Positions 52,529 to 64,000 of a DNA stretch of 64,000 bases are shown here, one piece after another. The first letter of the stretch is position 1. Every line of letters starts with the position of its first letter. The notes below the pieces were generated by a model. That model saw nothing but the letters and a program-made list of their open reading frames with translations. It searched no databases and was not told where the DNA came from. The DNA is taken from positions 26,040,001 through 26,104,000 of the forward strand of contig OX597839.1 of assembly GCA_951406725.2 (NCBI GenBank), given 5' to 3'. The position numbers were made by a program, and so were the translations under genes. The DNA is from Octopus vulgaris. Lineage: Eukaryota.

Positions 52529-52730
52529 TACTCTTTACTCTTTTACTTGTTTCAGTCATTTGACTGCGGCCATGCTGGAGCACCGCCTTTAGTCGAGCAA
52601 ATCGACCCCGGGACTTGTTCTTTGTAAGCCCAGTACTTATTCTATCAGTCTCTTTTGCCGAACCGCTAAGTGACGGGGACGTAAACACACCAGCATCGGT
52701 TGTCAAGCAATGCTAGGGGGACAAACACAG

Positions 52731-52783
<53 letters not shown>

Positions 52784-53783
52784 TACGACAGGCTTCTTTC
52801 AGTTTCCGTCTACCAAATCCACTCACAAGGCATTGGTCGGCCCGGGGCTATAGCAGAAGACACTTGCCCAAGATATGGATTATCTCATAGCTTTGAGACT
52901 TTGATGATGTGATTGTATATTTTTAGAATGATATTGTAGGGTAGGTGTGAGAGGCTGGACATAGCCAGTTTGAACATAAAACGGGAAGAATATTTGGGCT
53001 GGATATGACCGACTGACCCCCTTGACCATTCAGATTACTTTCTTTTAAATGTAATACTTATTTATTCTGATTGATTTTTAATTAATCAAGCATCATCTTG
53101 AAACTTCAAGATGCTGACAATATGATTGCTTATTTCTAGAATGACATGGTTGGATCGGCTTTAATCAAATAGAGCGACATCATTAACTTAAACTGTATTC
53201 AATTAAAAAAAACGGTTAATAATGAAAAATGCAGCAACGAAAACCGTGTTAGTGGCCAAACTTTGTAGTAGCCAAACTGGGAGAAGAAACAAAGTAGGAG
53301 TGAATTTGGATCAGCCTGAAGCGAAGAACTGGTGGGTGGGTAGCTGGGTGTTGGGTGAAAATGTTATTTCTCTTTAAGAAGCAAGGGAAATGTAACAATA
53401 TCATCTGGTTATAATGGAGGGAAAAATAAAAACAATATAAACGGAAAGCCCCAAAGCAAGAACATAATGGCAGTGAACCTGTCCTGTAGCTGATCTGGTT
53501 TGTACGTTGGTTTAAAACAAAGAATCTACTGTTGTAACACACCTCTAATCTCATATACACTCTACTGATAGCATTCTACAAGGTTTTTTTTACCAAAATC
53601 TTATTTACATTTGACGGATATCTGTCCTCATCTTGTTTGTTGTTAACACATTTTGGCTGATATACCCTCCAGCCTTCTTCAGGTGTCTTGGGGAAATTTC
53701 AAACCTGGGTTCTCATTCCTAAGGTATTCTTCGATGTTGCTATTATTATTATTATTATCATCATCATTATTATTATTGTTCAG

Positions 53784-53860
53784 CTCACTGCTTGGAATCG
53801 AACTCGGAATCTTGGGGTTAGTAGCCCGCACTCTTAACCACTACGCCATTTGCCTGCAAC
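53784..53860 (-). other. tRNA-derived head (A and B boxes) in the loop of a fold-back element
   Basis: Minus strand TGGCGTAGTGGTTAAG...GAGTTCGATTCC. Acceptor stem is poor, so not called as a tRNA gene. Confidence 0.7.
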
Positions 53861-53941
53861 CTGAACAATAATAATAATAATAATAATAGTAATATCGAAG
53901 AATACCTTTGGAATGAGAACCCAGGTTCAAAATTTCCCCAA

Positions 53942-53987
53942 GACACCTGATGAAGGCTGGAGGGTATATCAGCCGAAACGTTGTGTT
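53942..53987 (+). ncRNA. Type I minimal hammerhead ribozyme
   Basis: GACAC-CTGATGA-A-GGCTG gagggtatat CAGCC-GAAAC GTT-GTGTT. Confidence 0.75.
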
Positions 53988-54360
53988 AACAACAAACAAG
54001 ATGAGGACAAATATCTGTCGAATGTAAATAATGTACATAATTCCTCATCTCTTAAATATAGAACTGTATAAATCTGTATAGAATAATATATCAGTTGAAT
54101 TAAGTTACAACATGGTCTGGTTTTCACATTTTTTATTATTGTATTTAAAAAAAAAAATTTTTTTTACAATGCGTTAAACATTAAAAACAATATTTAGTAA
54201 TGTTCATAAAGTTCAATTAGCACTGCCATACGCTTGTAGAAATCATCAAATTTCAAAGTGAAAACCAGACCATGTGGGAATTTTATGGAACTGATATTTT
54301 TTTCATTTCTTTTTTGTGAAGTTTCAGCTCAGAGCTGCAGCCATGCTGATGTACCACTGT

Positions 54361-54485
<125 letters not shown>

Positions 54486-54829
54486 TCAAAAAGGTGAATG
54501 AATTATCCTAGTATGGATAATTCGGTTAACCGATACCCGGGTAGCAAATTCACGTCAAAAAACACGGTTGAAGCTACATGCCAAGGGCAGAAATCCCGTG
54601 TTCTCGTGTGGAAATTTGTGTGTTTTTTTTTAACTATGAATAAATGAAAGAATGGAGTTGAACGACGATTTTAACAAAATTCCTTTACTCTCGACACATG
54701 TTTCGAAGGCTGCATATTCCTAATTCCGAAGGAATAGAGGGTGCATTATGCCACCATCTCATCAGGAAAGACAAGGAACTTATGTCAGCACCATGAAGAG
54801 CAAAAACTTTTAGATGACTGCCCACATGA

Positions 54830-54909
54830 TTTCCTGATGAGATGGCGGCATAATGCACCCTTTATCCTTCGGAATTAGGAATATGCAGCCTTCGAAACAT
54901 GTGTCGAGA
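54830..54909 (+). ncRNA. Type I hammerhead ribozyme with extended stem II (mirror copy on the minus strand in 54640-54769)
   Basis: TTTC-CTGATGA-[GATGGCGGCATA...TATGCAGCCTTC]-GAAAC ATGT GTC-GAGA. Confidence 0.75.
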
Positions 54910-56094
54910 GTAAAGGAATTTTGTTAAAATCGTCGTTCGACTCCATTCTTTCATTTATATTTATATATATATATATATACACACACACACATCCTCCCCT
55001 TATATATATATTTCTTTACTGCCCACAAGGGGCTAAACATAAAGGAGACAAACAAGGACAGACAAAGGGATTAAGTCGATTATATCGATCCCAGTGCGTA
55101 ACTGGTACTTTATTTATCGACCCCGAAAGGATGAAAGGCAAAATTGACCTCAGCGGATTTTGAACTCAGAATGTAACAGCAGACAAAATACCACTAAGCA
55201 TTTCCCCTTATATGAAAAAAAAGGGGGAAAGACCCCCTTCGGTCATGAATGACCATGGAATTGCACCTAGAAAGTTTCCTTCCAAGGCACAAGTCATTTG
55301 ACTGTGGCCATGCTGGAGCACCAACTCCAAGGGTTTTAATTGAACAAATCAACCCCAGGACTTGTTTGTTGTAAGTCCAGTACTAATTCTATTCTTTTTT
55401 TTCTGAACCGCTAAGTTATGGAGGGGATGTAAACACACCAACATTGGTTGTCAAGTGATGGTGGTGGGACAAACACAGACACAACACGCACATAAATATA
55501 TACACGATGGGCTTCCTTCAGTTCCTTTCTACCAAATCCACTTACAAGGCTTTGGTCAGCCCTAGGCTACAGTAGGAGACACTTAGCCAAGGTGCCATGC
55601 ATTGGGACCGAACCCAGAACCATGTGGTTGGGAAGCAAGTTTCTTATCACGCAGTCATGCTTGCCAACATATAGACTAATACAGGTATGTCAAATACCAT
55701 AAAAGACAAACGCTCAATTTATCAAAATTATCAAACAGCAGTTGCGCTTAAGAAGGGGGAGATAATCACAAGGGTTATAGTGCGTGCAAGTGCATATAAT
55801 TAATAAGCCCCTACTGGAGCAGTTGCTATCTAGATGAGGTGCAACAACCAAAGAAATTATGAACAGGTGGGTGAGTATAGAATATTTCTTAAAATTGCAT
55901 TTAACAAATAGTTGATGTGCATTTGTTAAGGTGTGGACCAGAAAAAAAAAAATGTCACTCATCACTCGTGAGTTTTGTGGCTTTCCCTAAGTATTTTAGG
56001 AGGTGGGGAGGTGTGTGTGTGTAGTCACAAGCAGACATGGTTACCCAGTCAGCCCTCTCATCCAAGACCTAGCTGAACATAAAGGATGCAACAG

Positions 56095-56560
56095 ATAGAA
56101 TGGAGGGATGAAGGGTGGAAGAGAAAGGGAGGGTGGGAGGGAGAGAAAGAAGGGGAGGGAGAGAAAGAGAGTGAGGGAGAGAAAGAGAGTGAGGGAGAGA
56201 AAGAGGGTGAGGGAGAGAAAGAGGGTGAGGGAGAGGAAGAGGGTGAGGGAGAGGAAGAGAGTGAGGGAGAGGAAGAGGGTGAAAAAGAGAGTGAGGGAGA
56301 GGAAGAGGGTGAGGGAGAGAAAGAGGGTGAGGGAAAGAAAGAGGGTGAGGGAAAGAGAGAGAGGGAGAGAAAGAGGGTGAGGGAGAGAAAGAGAGTGAGG
56401 GAGAGAAAGAGGGTGAGGGAGAGAAAGAGGGTGAGGGAGAGGAAGAGATGGGGAGGGAGAGAATGAGGGAGAGGAAGAGAGTGAGGGAGAGAAAGAGGGT
56501 GATGGAGAGGAAGAGATGGGGAGGGAGAGAAGGAGGGAGAAAGAGAGAGGGAGGCAGGGA
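56095..56560. repeat. Purine-rich 18-bp minisatellite
   Basis: Unit approximately GAGGGAGAGAAAGAGGGT. Confidence 0.9.
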
Positions 56561-58777
56561 CACACAGCTGGTACTCATTTACAAATGAGTAAAGTGGGGC
56601 AATGTAAAATGGCCAAACCATCCCACAATCCTTCTTGAGCCTGAGAGGCTACAATAATGCAGGGCAAGCTGTACAAGCTTGTCCAACTACTTTACTATTG
56701 GAACATGAAACTTAAAGTAGCTCACGTTTAAATCTTGTGTATATCATACTAACATTTAACTCTCATTGGATGGAATACTTTTTGTGGATCTTCTCAATAA
56801 CAGAACAGTGTATGAGACACAGACATACACACACATACATACACCTATGTGATTATTGCAATAGGGAACTAGGTCTCTCCAAATTTTATCAGAAACATGT
56901 CTAAGCTAACTGGAATAAAATGTATAAATATTCATTAAATTAATGCATTTTCTATATTATTCTGTAACGTACCAATTTTACTTGATGACCAAACCTTGGA
57001 TTTACAAATTGGATTGGTGAGTTTGTTAAATTCGGATTACCTGGATTTTTAAATCTATCACAGAACAAATTTGTTAGCTTGGTCTACGTCCCTATACAGA
57101 GAAAATATTAAATATTTCACCCGGATCGTTAATCATTTAAAAAAATATTTGATATATATGTTTCATGTTATGTTAAGAAGCAGTACATGGTACCACAATT
57201 GTTGACTTAAGTCAAATACTGCAAATTGTTGTTAGAATATCTGCGTAAGTGGCGCCCAGACTGGTTAATTTGTATCAGCGTAAAGTCGTGTAAGTTGTAA
57301 CAACAAAGTAAAATGAAAACAGTGATATTTTGAAAGCATTTAGTATGTACATTTCGGGTTTGCCTAATATGTAATAGGAACTGGATCCATTACGTAAACC
57401 GTCTTCAGTTAAAACATTACAAAATGTGAAGAAATTGATAGAAATATTTCAATATATATATATGATTAGAGCAGAAGGAGAATAGATATGCATATGGGTG
57501 GAGGAGGGAGAAAAGGGAAGAGAGGGAGAGAAAAAAAGAAGAGAAAGATATTTAAAGAAAGATAGAAAGAGCACCCGGTTGTAAAAACTCTGCCAAAACA
57601 GACACAGAAGTCTGGTGCAGGTTCAACGTTAACCGATCATGATGATGATAATGGGGAAGGGAAGAAAATATGAATTTCTTCATATTCTGAGATGCTTTAA
57701 CTGAGGACGGTTTACATAATAGATGCATTTCCTATTATACGTTACGAAAACTTGAAATGTGCATATTAAACAATTCCAAAATATCGCTATTTGGCTTGAC
57801 TTTGTTGTTACAACGTATATTTTCCCCACACCAGAAGATATATCTTAAAAGCAATGAAATTGTATGCAGAAGCATTTGGAACAACAAACTAATGAGTTAT
57901 TCAAACGAAGCATTAATTAAATGTTAAATATTATTTTAGATTTTTAATTAAAAACATTAACTGAAATTTAACAAATAGAACAGGAATGAGGAGCATAATG
58001 GTTAGTTTAATGGCTAAGTGCTTAATATTAATCAGGTGAGATGGTAGTAGTGGTAATAGCAACAACAACAATAATAATAATAATAATAATAATCCTAAGA
58101 GATGATATCTAAATGCAGAAAAGATACATAAAAAAAAATTCTCCCAGACCTTTTCCTTATCGTCCAGATAAGACAGCAGAGGGATCTCGTAGCAACATCT
58201 CTAAATGCAAGGATGAAAACAATTTGTGAAAATAAAATTAGGCATCCAGGTGGGGTGGGGGGAGAGCTGGTACTTAGCTAAGGATTTAGTAGTTTTTTAA
58301 TAAGAATTTCACGAAATGAGAGTTGAGATGTGTATATGCATACGCACACAAATATATATATACGCAAACACACACAGAGTCCATGGTGTAAAGTGGTTGG
58401 TGTTAGGAAGGGCATCCAGCAGTAAAAAACCATGCCAAAGCAGACATTAGAGCTCAGTGCAGTCCCTTGACCCCATTGGTTCCTGTCAAACCATCCAACC
58501 CCTGACAGCATGGAAACAAGGACGTTAAAATGATGATGTATTAGTTTGTTACGCCACGTGGGTAGTGTCTGATGACTGTGCCACGCAGGACACAGTCTGG
58601 CATGCTCTCAGCACATGAAACTAATAGTAACACAGAAAAACGTGTCTTTATTAAATAATATTTATCTCTCACCAGATGGAGTACTTTTTAAGTTGATCTT
58701 GCCATTGCAGAACAGTACACCATATATATATATATATATATATCATGAAGTATATTTGCCACCTAAATGTGGTAGTC

Positions 58778-58838
<61 letters not shown>

Positions 58839-59036
58839 GTTGGATAAAATTTTTATCGAAAAAAAATTTCTTTTCGGAAAAGATTTTATCAATGGCCAGC
58901 ATATTAAAAAATACCTTTAAAGGTTAAATTTATAAACAATTCATAAATAAGGGCAAACAAAAAAATTTCTAATGCCAAATATGCCGAAAAATTGGACATA
59001 TTGTCCATTAACCATATAATTGTTTATATATGAATT

Positions 59037-59079
<43 letters not shown>

Positions 59080-59388
59080 CAAGTGGCAGAGAAATAGTTT
59101 GATGAAGTTTTATTTAATAATTAAATCCTAATTTCACAACAAATTGTTTCATAACTTAATAACATGTCAATAATTTACATTATCACATTTAATAAATAAA
59201 TTACCGGATTACTTGAATCCATATATTGTGACTTAAATTTATATATATTTAATAGATACATAAACGATAGCAAATGGAATAGATAGCATTATTTACAATC
59301 ACTATAATTGTTTTTGCACCTTTTTTGCACCTGTAGTACATTGATGAGATGGAACCAATAACTGTATTTTACACACCAGTGTACTAGA

Positions 59389-59452
<64 letters not shown>

Positions 59453-59619
59453 GGTCCCGGGTTGAGTCGGGGTTAACCACAGTAAATAAGGTACTCAATA
59501 CATAGCAGAGTAAAGTAATTTATTTTATAGAAGGAGCTTCTACAGGACTAGAACTGTTTCATTCAGATGAAATCTTCAGGAAGCTGGCTGTTAAAATACC
59601 AGAACTTATTTTGACAGCC

Positions 59620-59670
59620 AGCTTCCTGAAGATTTCATCTGAATGAAACAGTTCTAGTCCTGTAGAAGCT
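59620..59670 (+). ncRNA. Type I hammerhead ribozyme (mirror copy on the minus strand in 59518-59598)
   Basis: AGCTTC-CTGAAGA-TTTCATCTGAAT-GAAAC AG ttctagtc CT GTA-GAAGCT, with a 6-bp stem I and 4-bp stem III. Confidence 0.8.
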
Positions 59671-59701
59671 CCTTCTATAAAATAAATATATATATATATA
59701 T

Positions 59702-60109
59702 ACTCTTTTACTCTTTACTCTTTTACTTGTTTCAGTCATTTGACTGCGGCCATGCTGGAGCACCGCCTTTAGTCGAGCAAATCGACCCCGGGACTTATTC
59801 TTTGTAAGCCCAGTACTTATTCTATCGGTCTCTTTTTTGCCGAACCGCTAAGTAACGGGGACGTAAACACACCAGCATCGGTTGTCAAGCAATGCTAGGG
59901 GGACAAACACAGACACACAAACACACACACACATATATACATATATACGACAGGCTTCTTTCAGTTTCCGTCTACCAAATCCACTCACAAGGCATTGGTC
60001 GGCCCGGGCTATAGCAGAAGACACTCGCCCAAGATGCCACGCAGTGGGACTGAACCCGGAACCATGTGGTTGGTTAGCAAGCTACTTACCACACAGCCAC
60101 TCCTGCGCC
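59702..60109 (-). mobile_element. SINE family A
   Basis: Reverse-complement full copy. Confidence 0.85.
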
Positions 60110-62104
60110 TATATATATGTATATATATAGTAAGAAAAAGAGAGACGCATATATATATAAAAGATTATTCCACTTAATTGCAATTAATTGAGGTACTATT
60201 TCTTGGTTATATACAAATACTGGGTTGCCAGATAAATTTGTGTCTTTTGGGGGGTTTTCCCTCCCGTTTATTTTAATCCTTTCCAAAGCCATTTGAATTA
60301 ACCAGAAAAGTATTTTTATTGTAGCATTTTTTTGTTTTTTTGTAGCTTTTATCATTTCTGAAATTTGAACACACTTTTCTGACACGACAATGGAGTGTCA
60401 AATAGGTTAAAGAAAAAAAAATGACAAAGAAGGAAAAAAAAGAACAACAGGCACAGGAGAAGCTGTGTGCTAAGAAATTTGCTTCCCAACCACATGGTTC
60501 TGGGTTCAGTCCCTCTGGCTGACCAAAACCATGAGTCGATTTGGTAGATGGAAACTGAAAGAAGCCTGTCTTGCATATGTGTGTGTCTTTCTGTCCCCCA
60601 CCACTGCTTGACAACTAATGTTGGTGTATCTACGACCCAGTAACTTAGCAGTTCAACAAAAAATTCCGACAGAATAAGCACCAAACTTGAAAAGAAAAAG
60701 GAACAAACACAGGTACCAGGGTAGATTCATTTCACTAAAACTTCAAGACAGTGCTCCAGTATGGCCGTAATCTAATAACCGACACAAGTGAAAGAAAAGA
60801 GATAAGATTTATCTGACAACTGAATGGTCTTCAAATCTGCCCAAGTCAATTTTGATTTCTTTCAGAAAATCAAAGGACCTTGTCATACTTTATATATAAA
60901 CTGATTAAGGAATGATAGCATCCCTCCTTTCACCTAATCACCATACTTTTCTGTACACTAAAAACTTTATTCACACACACACACACAATTTCATAAATAT
61001 AGGAGTAATACATGAACTATGTCAAGTTGCTCAGGTAGTGCAGGAATTGAACAGGTGGGTACAATGTACACTGCACAATCTGGTAAGCAATCAGGCTCAA
61101 ATTTGGTATGGTACACAAGCCTGTCCAATTACTGCACTATCAGAGCATGAAACTTGCAGTAGCTCATGTATAACTTAGTGTATTCATTACATAACACTCA
61201 TCTCTCACTGAGTTGAGTAGATTTCTGCTGATCCTACTGACATGTGGACAGTACACTGTATATATAATGAAAAGAATTGATAATTTCTCTCTCCCTGCAG
61301 TGAATTGTAGTGAAAAATATAGAAAGGAAAATGTAGACAAATTTTATATTGGACAATATATATATATATACACACACGTATTGTTGTGCCTGGGGAGAGT
61401 CATTCTCTTTTAGTGCCTTATTTAACACACTCACCAGCATTAAGAGAGAATGATCCTCCCCAGACAGAACAAAATATGCTTCAATACACAAACTTGCATA
61501 AAGAATCTTGCAAACCAAATCCAAAAATGAAGTATACATACCTACACACATATATGAAGGAAATAAAATAAATATTTACATAGTCAACTGGTTTCACTTG
61601 TGCTAATCATGACTAAGGAGATACTGATAATGTTACAGCTTCATGCTATTGTAAGAAGTTTTCATTCCATATTTCTTCCAACTAATTTGTAATGAAAACT
61701 GTAATTTTGTAAAATTACCACAAGTGAAACTAGCTGACAGTGTAAATGTCTTATTTCATAAAAAATATATATTTTGTCCAACATAAAATTTCAGTGTATT
61801 TTCGTTTCTATATATATAGATATGATGCACCAAGTCAGAGAGAGAACTATTATTTGTATTGTGGTTATTTATATTGATGATATGTATACTGATGATTATA
61901 ATAGCATTTTACAATATATTAACAGAAATAATGAAAAAAGCAAAAAAATATATGTAAATTAAAAATTAAATGAAAGAAATTGCCAAAATTGTTGGTCATA
62001 TTCTCTGATGTCAAAAATGTATAAAACTTCATCCAAATTAATCTCAACCAAAATCTAAATAAAATTTGTAAAACAGAGACTTGCAAGAGTTTTGTAAGAA
62101 AGAA

Positions 62105-62447
62105 GCCGTTCGCCAGCCTCGTCTGGCACCTGTGTCGGTGGCACATAAAAAACACCATCCAAGCGTGGCCGTTCGCCAGCCTCGTCAGGAACCTGTGTCG
62201 GTGGCACATAAAAAACACCATCCAACCGTGCCCGTTCGCCAGCCTCGTCTGGCACCTGTGTCGGTGGCACATAAAATCACCCACTACACTCTCGGAGTGG
62301 TTGGCGTTAGGAAGGGCATCCAGCTGTAGAAACACTGCCAGATCTGACTGGAGCCTGGTGCAGCCTTTGGGCTTCCCAGACCCCAGTTGAACCGTCCAAC
62401 CCATGCTAGCATGGAAAGTGGACGTTAAACGATGATGATGATGATGA
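62105..62447 (+). mobile_element. SINE family C with a triplicated internal unit of about 62 bp
   Basis: CCGTTCGCCAGCCTCGTC..GGCACATAAAA three times, then the core and (GAT)n tail. Confidence 0.75.
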
Positions 62448-63597
62448 AGCTGATTAAATAAACAACAGTAGTTGATTGTTTTTTAATCATCAGTGTAGTA
62501 GTAGTAGTAGTAGTATGAAGGAATGTGCTGTAATAGTGCATCGCTGCATCCATCATATGTTGGTGATTCCTTATTACTCCGGGCAGACGAGGCCTTTGTG
62601 CCAATCAAGTGACAACCCTCCAACCTTTGGGTCTGTTTGGGAAGCTGTTGTTGGTGAGAGTTTTACGAGACCAGAGGGCAAATCCTTCCTAAACCTCTTT
62701 CAGTTGCCTTTCAAATCCCACTCCCAAGGAAACATTGGAGCTGCTATTTTGGGGATTTGTACTTGGAACATGCAGAGGAAGGAAATGCTGCAAAGGATTC
62801 TGCCCAGATGTGCCAACCATTCTGCCAGCTCGACACCCTAATAATAATCCTTTCTATTAATGGCACAAGGCCTGGAATTTTGGGGAAGGGGACTAACTGA
62901 TTACATTGACCCCAGAGTTTCACTGGTACTTAATTTATATACCCTGAAAGGATGAAAGGCAAAGTTGACCTTGGTGGAATTTGAACTCAGAACGTAGTGA
63001 CAAGCAAAATCATTAATAATAATGATGATGATGATGATGCCTCGAGTAACAAAAATACTGGTACTGTGCTCAATCTGCATACCAATATTCCAGTGATTAC
63101 GACAGTGTGTGTGTGTGTGTGTGTGTACACAAACACTAAAGTGTGTTGTGTGTGTGAGGAGAAACAGGATTGCGAACATGAAACCAATACTGATAAGTAA
63201 CAAAACAGTGACCGATTGAAACAAATTCAGACAGTAATTCTCTTTTACTAACTAAACAAATATAATAAAGTAGAAAAGCAAAAAAAAAAAAAAAAAAAAA
63301 AAAAAAGATCCGAAATGATTTAAAAGGAAAAAAAAACTGTGAAAATTAAAAATAGAATTAAACAAAAAAAAAAAATGAATAAAAAAATAAATAAAAAGAG
63401 TCACATGCACACAAACCCCACTATGGATGTCTGACAAGCAAAAATACACGTCTATTATTTGAGTGAAAAAAAAAAATTTACTTTAATAGCATAAAAGCTG
63501 ATCTATAATTTTCAACATTCCAAACATTTTTGCTGTGGTTTTATGCTAAACAGATAATACACAGACTGTCTACTATGGAATGAAAAGGAAAAAACCC

Positions 63598-63678
63598 CCA
63601 CACACACACACACACATATATATATATACACACACATATATATATATATATATACACAACACATACATATATACACAT

Positions 63679-63709
<31 letters not shown>

Positions 63710-63836
63710 TACATATATATATATACACACACACACACATATATATATATACACACACACATATATATATATACACACACATACATATATATATATACAC
63801 ACACACATATATATACACACACACATACATATATAT

Positions 63837-63867
<31 letters not shown>

Positions 63868-63892
63868 CACACACACATACATATATATATAT

Positions 63893-63923
<31 letters not shown>

Positions 63924-63965
63924 CACACACACATACATATATATCACACACACATACATATATAT

Positions 63966-63999
<34 letters not shown>

Positions 64000-64000
64000 C
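63598..64000. repeat. (CA)/(TA) compound microsatellite
   Basis: Direct inspection. Confidence 0.95.

Noticed and set aside
53784-53860. Functional tRNA gene
   Set aside because: A and B boxes are present but the acceptor stem is poor, and it is embedded in a repeat.
56041-56621. Ser/Pro- or Glu/Gly-rich ORFs
   Set aside because: Translations of a purine minisatellite.
58564-58605. Hammerhead-like CTGATGA-CTGTGCCACGCAG-GACAC
   Set aside because: GAAA is replaced by GACA and stems I and III do not register; at best a decayed motif.

Overview
Repeat-dense, AT-rich animal genomic DNA. The SINE families and the extreme (TA)/(CA) microsatellite load suggest an octopus or other coleoid cephalopod (inference). 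The only host gene visible is the last two coding exons (FYVE domain) of an MTMR3/MTMR4-type myotubularin gene on the minus strand. The rest is mobile DNA: three SINE families, non-autonomous Helitrons (one keeps a Pif1-helicase fragment), a Helentron-type element, Tc1/mariner and piggyBac-type relics, CR1 and RTE LINE fragments, a rearranged Penelope-like element (PLE) and several satellites. Two things stand out. (1) A near-intact R2-A-type retrotransposon lies outside rDNA, and its 3' UTR carries three exact, collinear blocks antisense to the 28S rRNA sequence just downstream of the R2 target site. (2) Short insertions, mostly head-to-head fold-backs often in (TA)n/(ATT)n tracts, recur across the window; several carry type I hammerhead ribozyme motifs of PLE style, and one has a tRNA-derived Pol III head, making it a candidate Penelope-dependent ribozyme SINE. 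Most ORFs in the supplied track are microsatellite or SINE artefacts.
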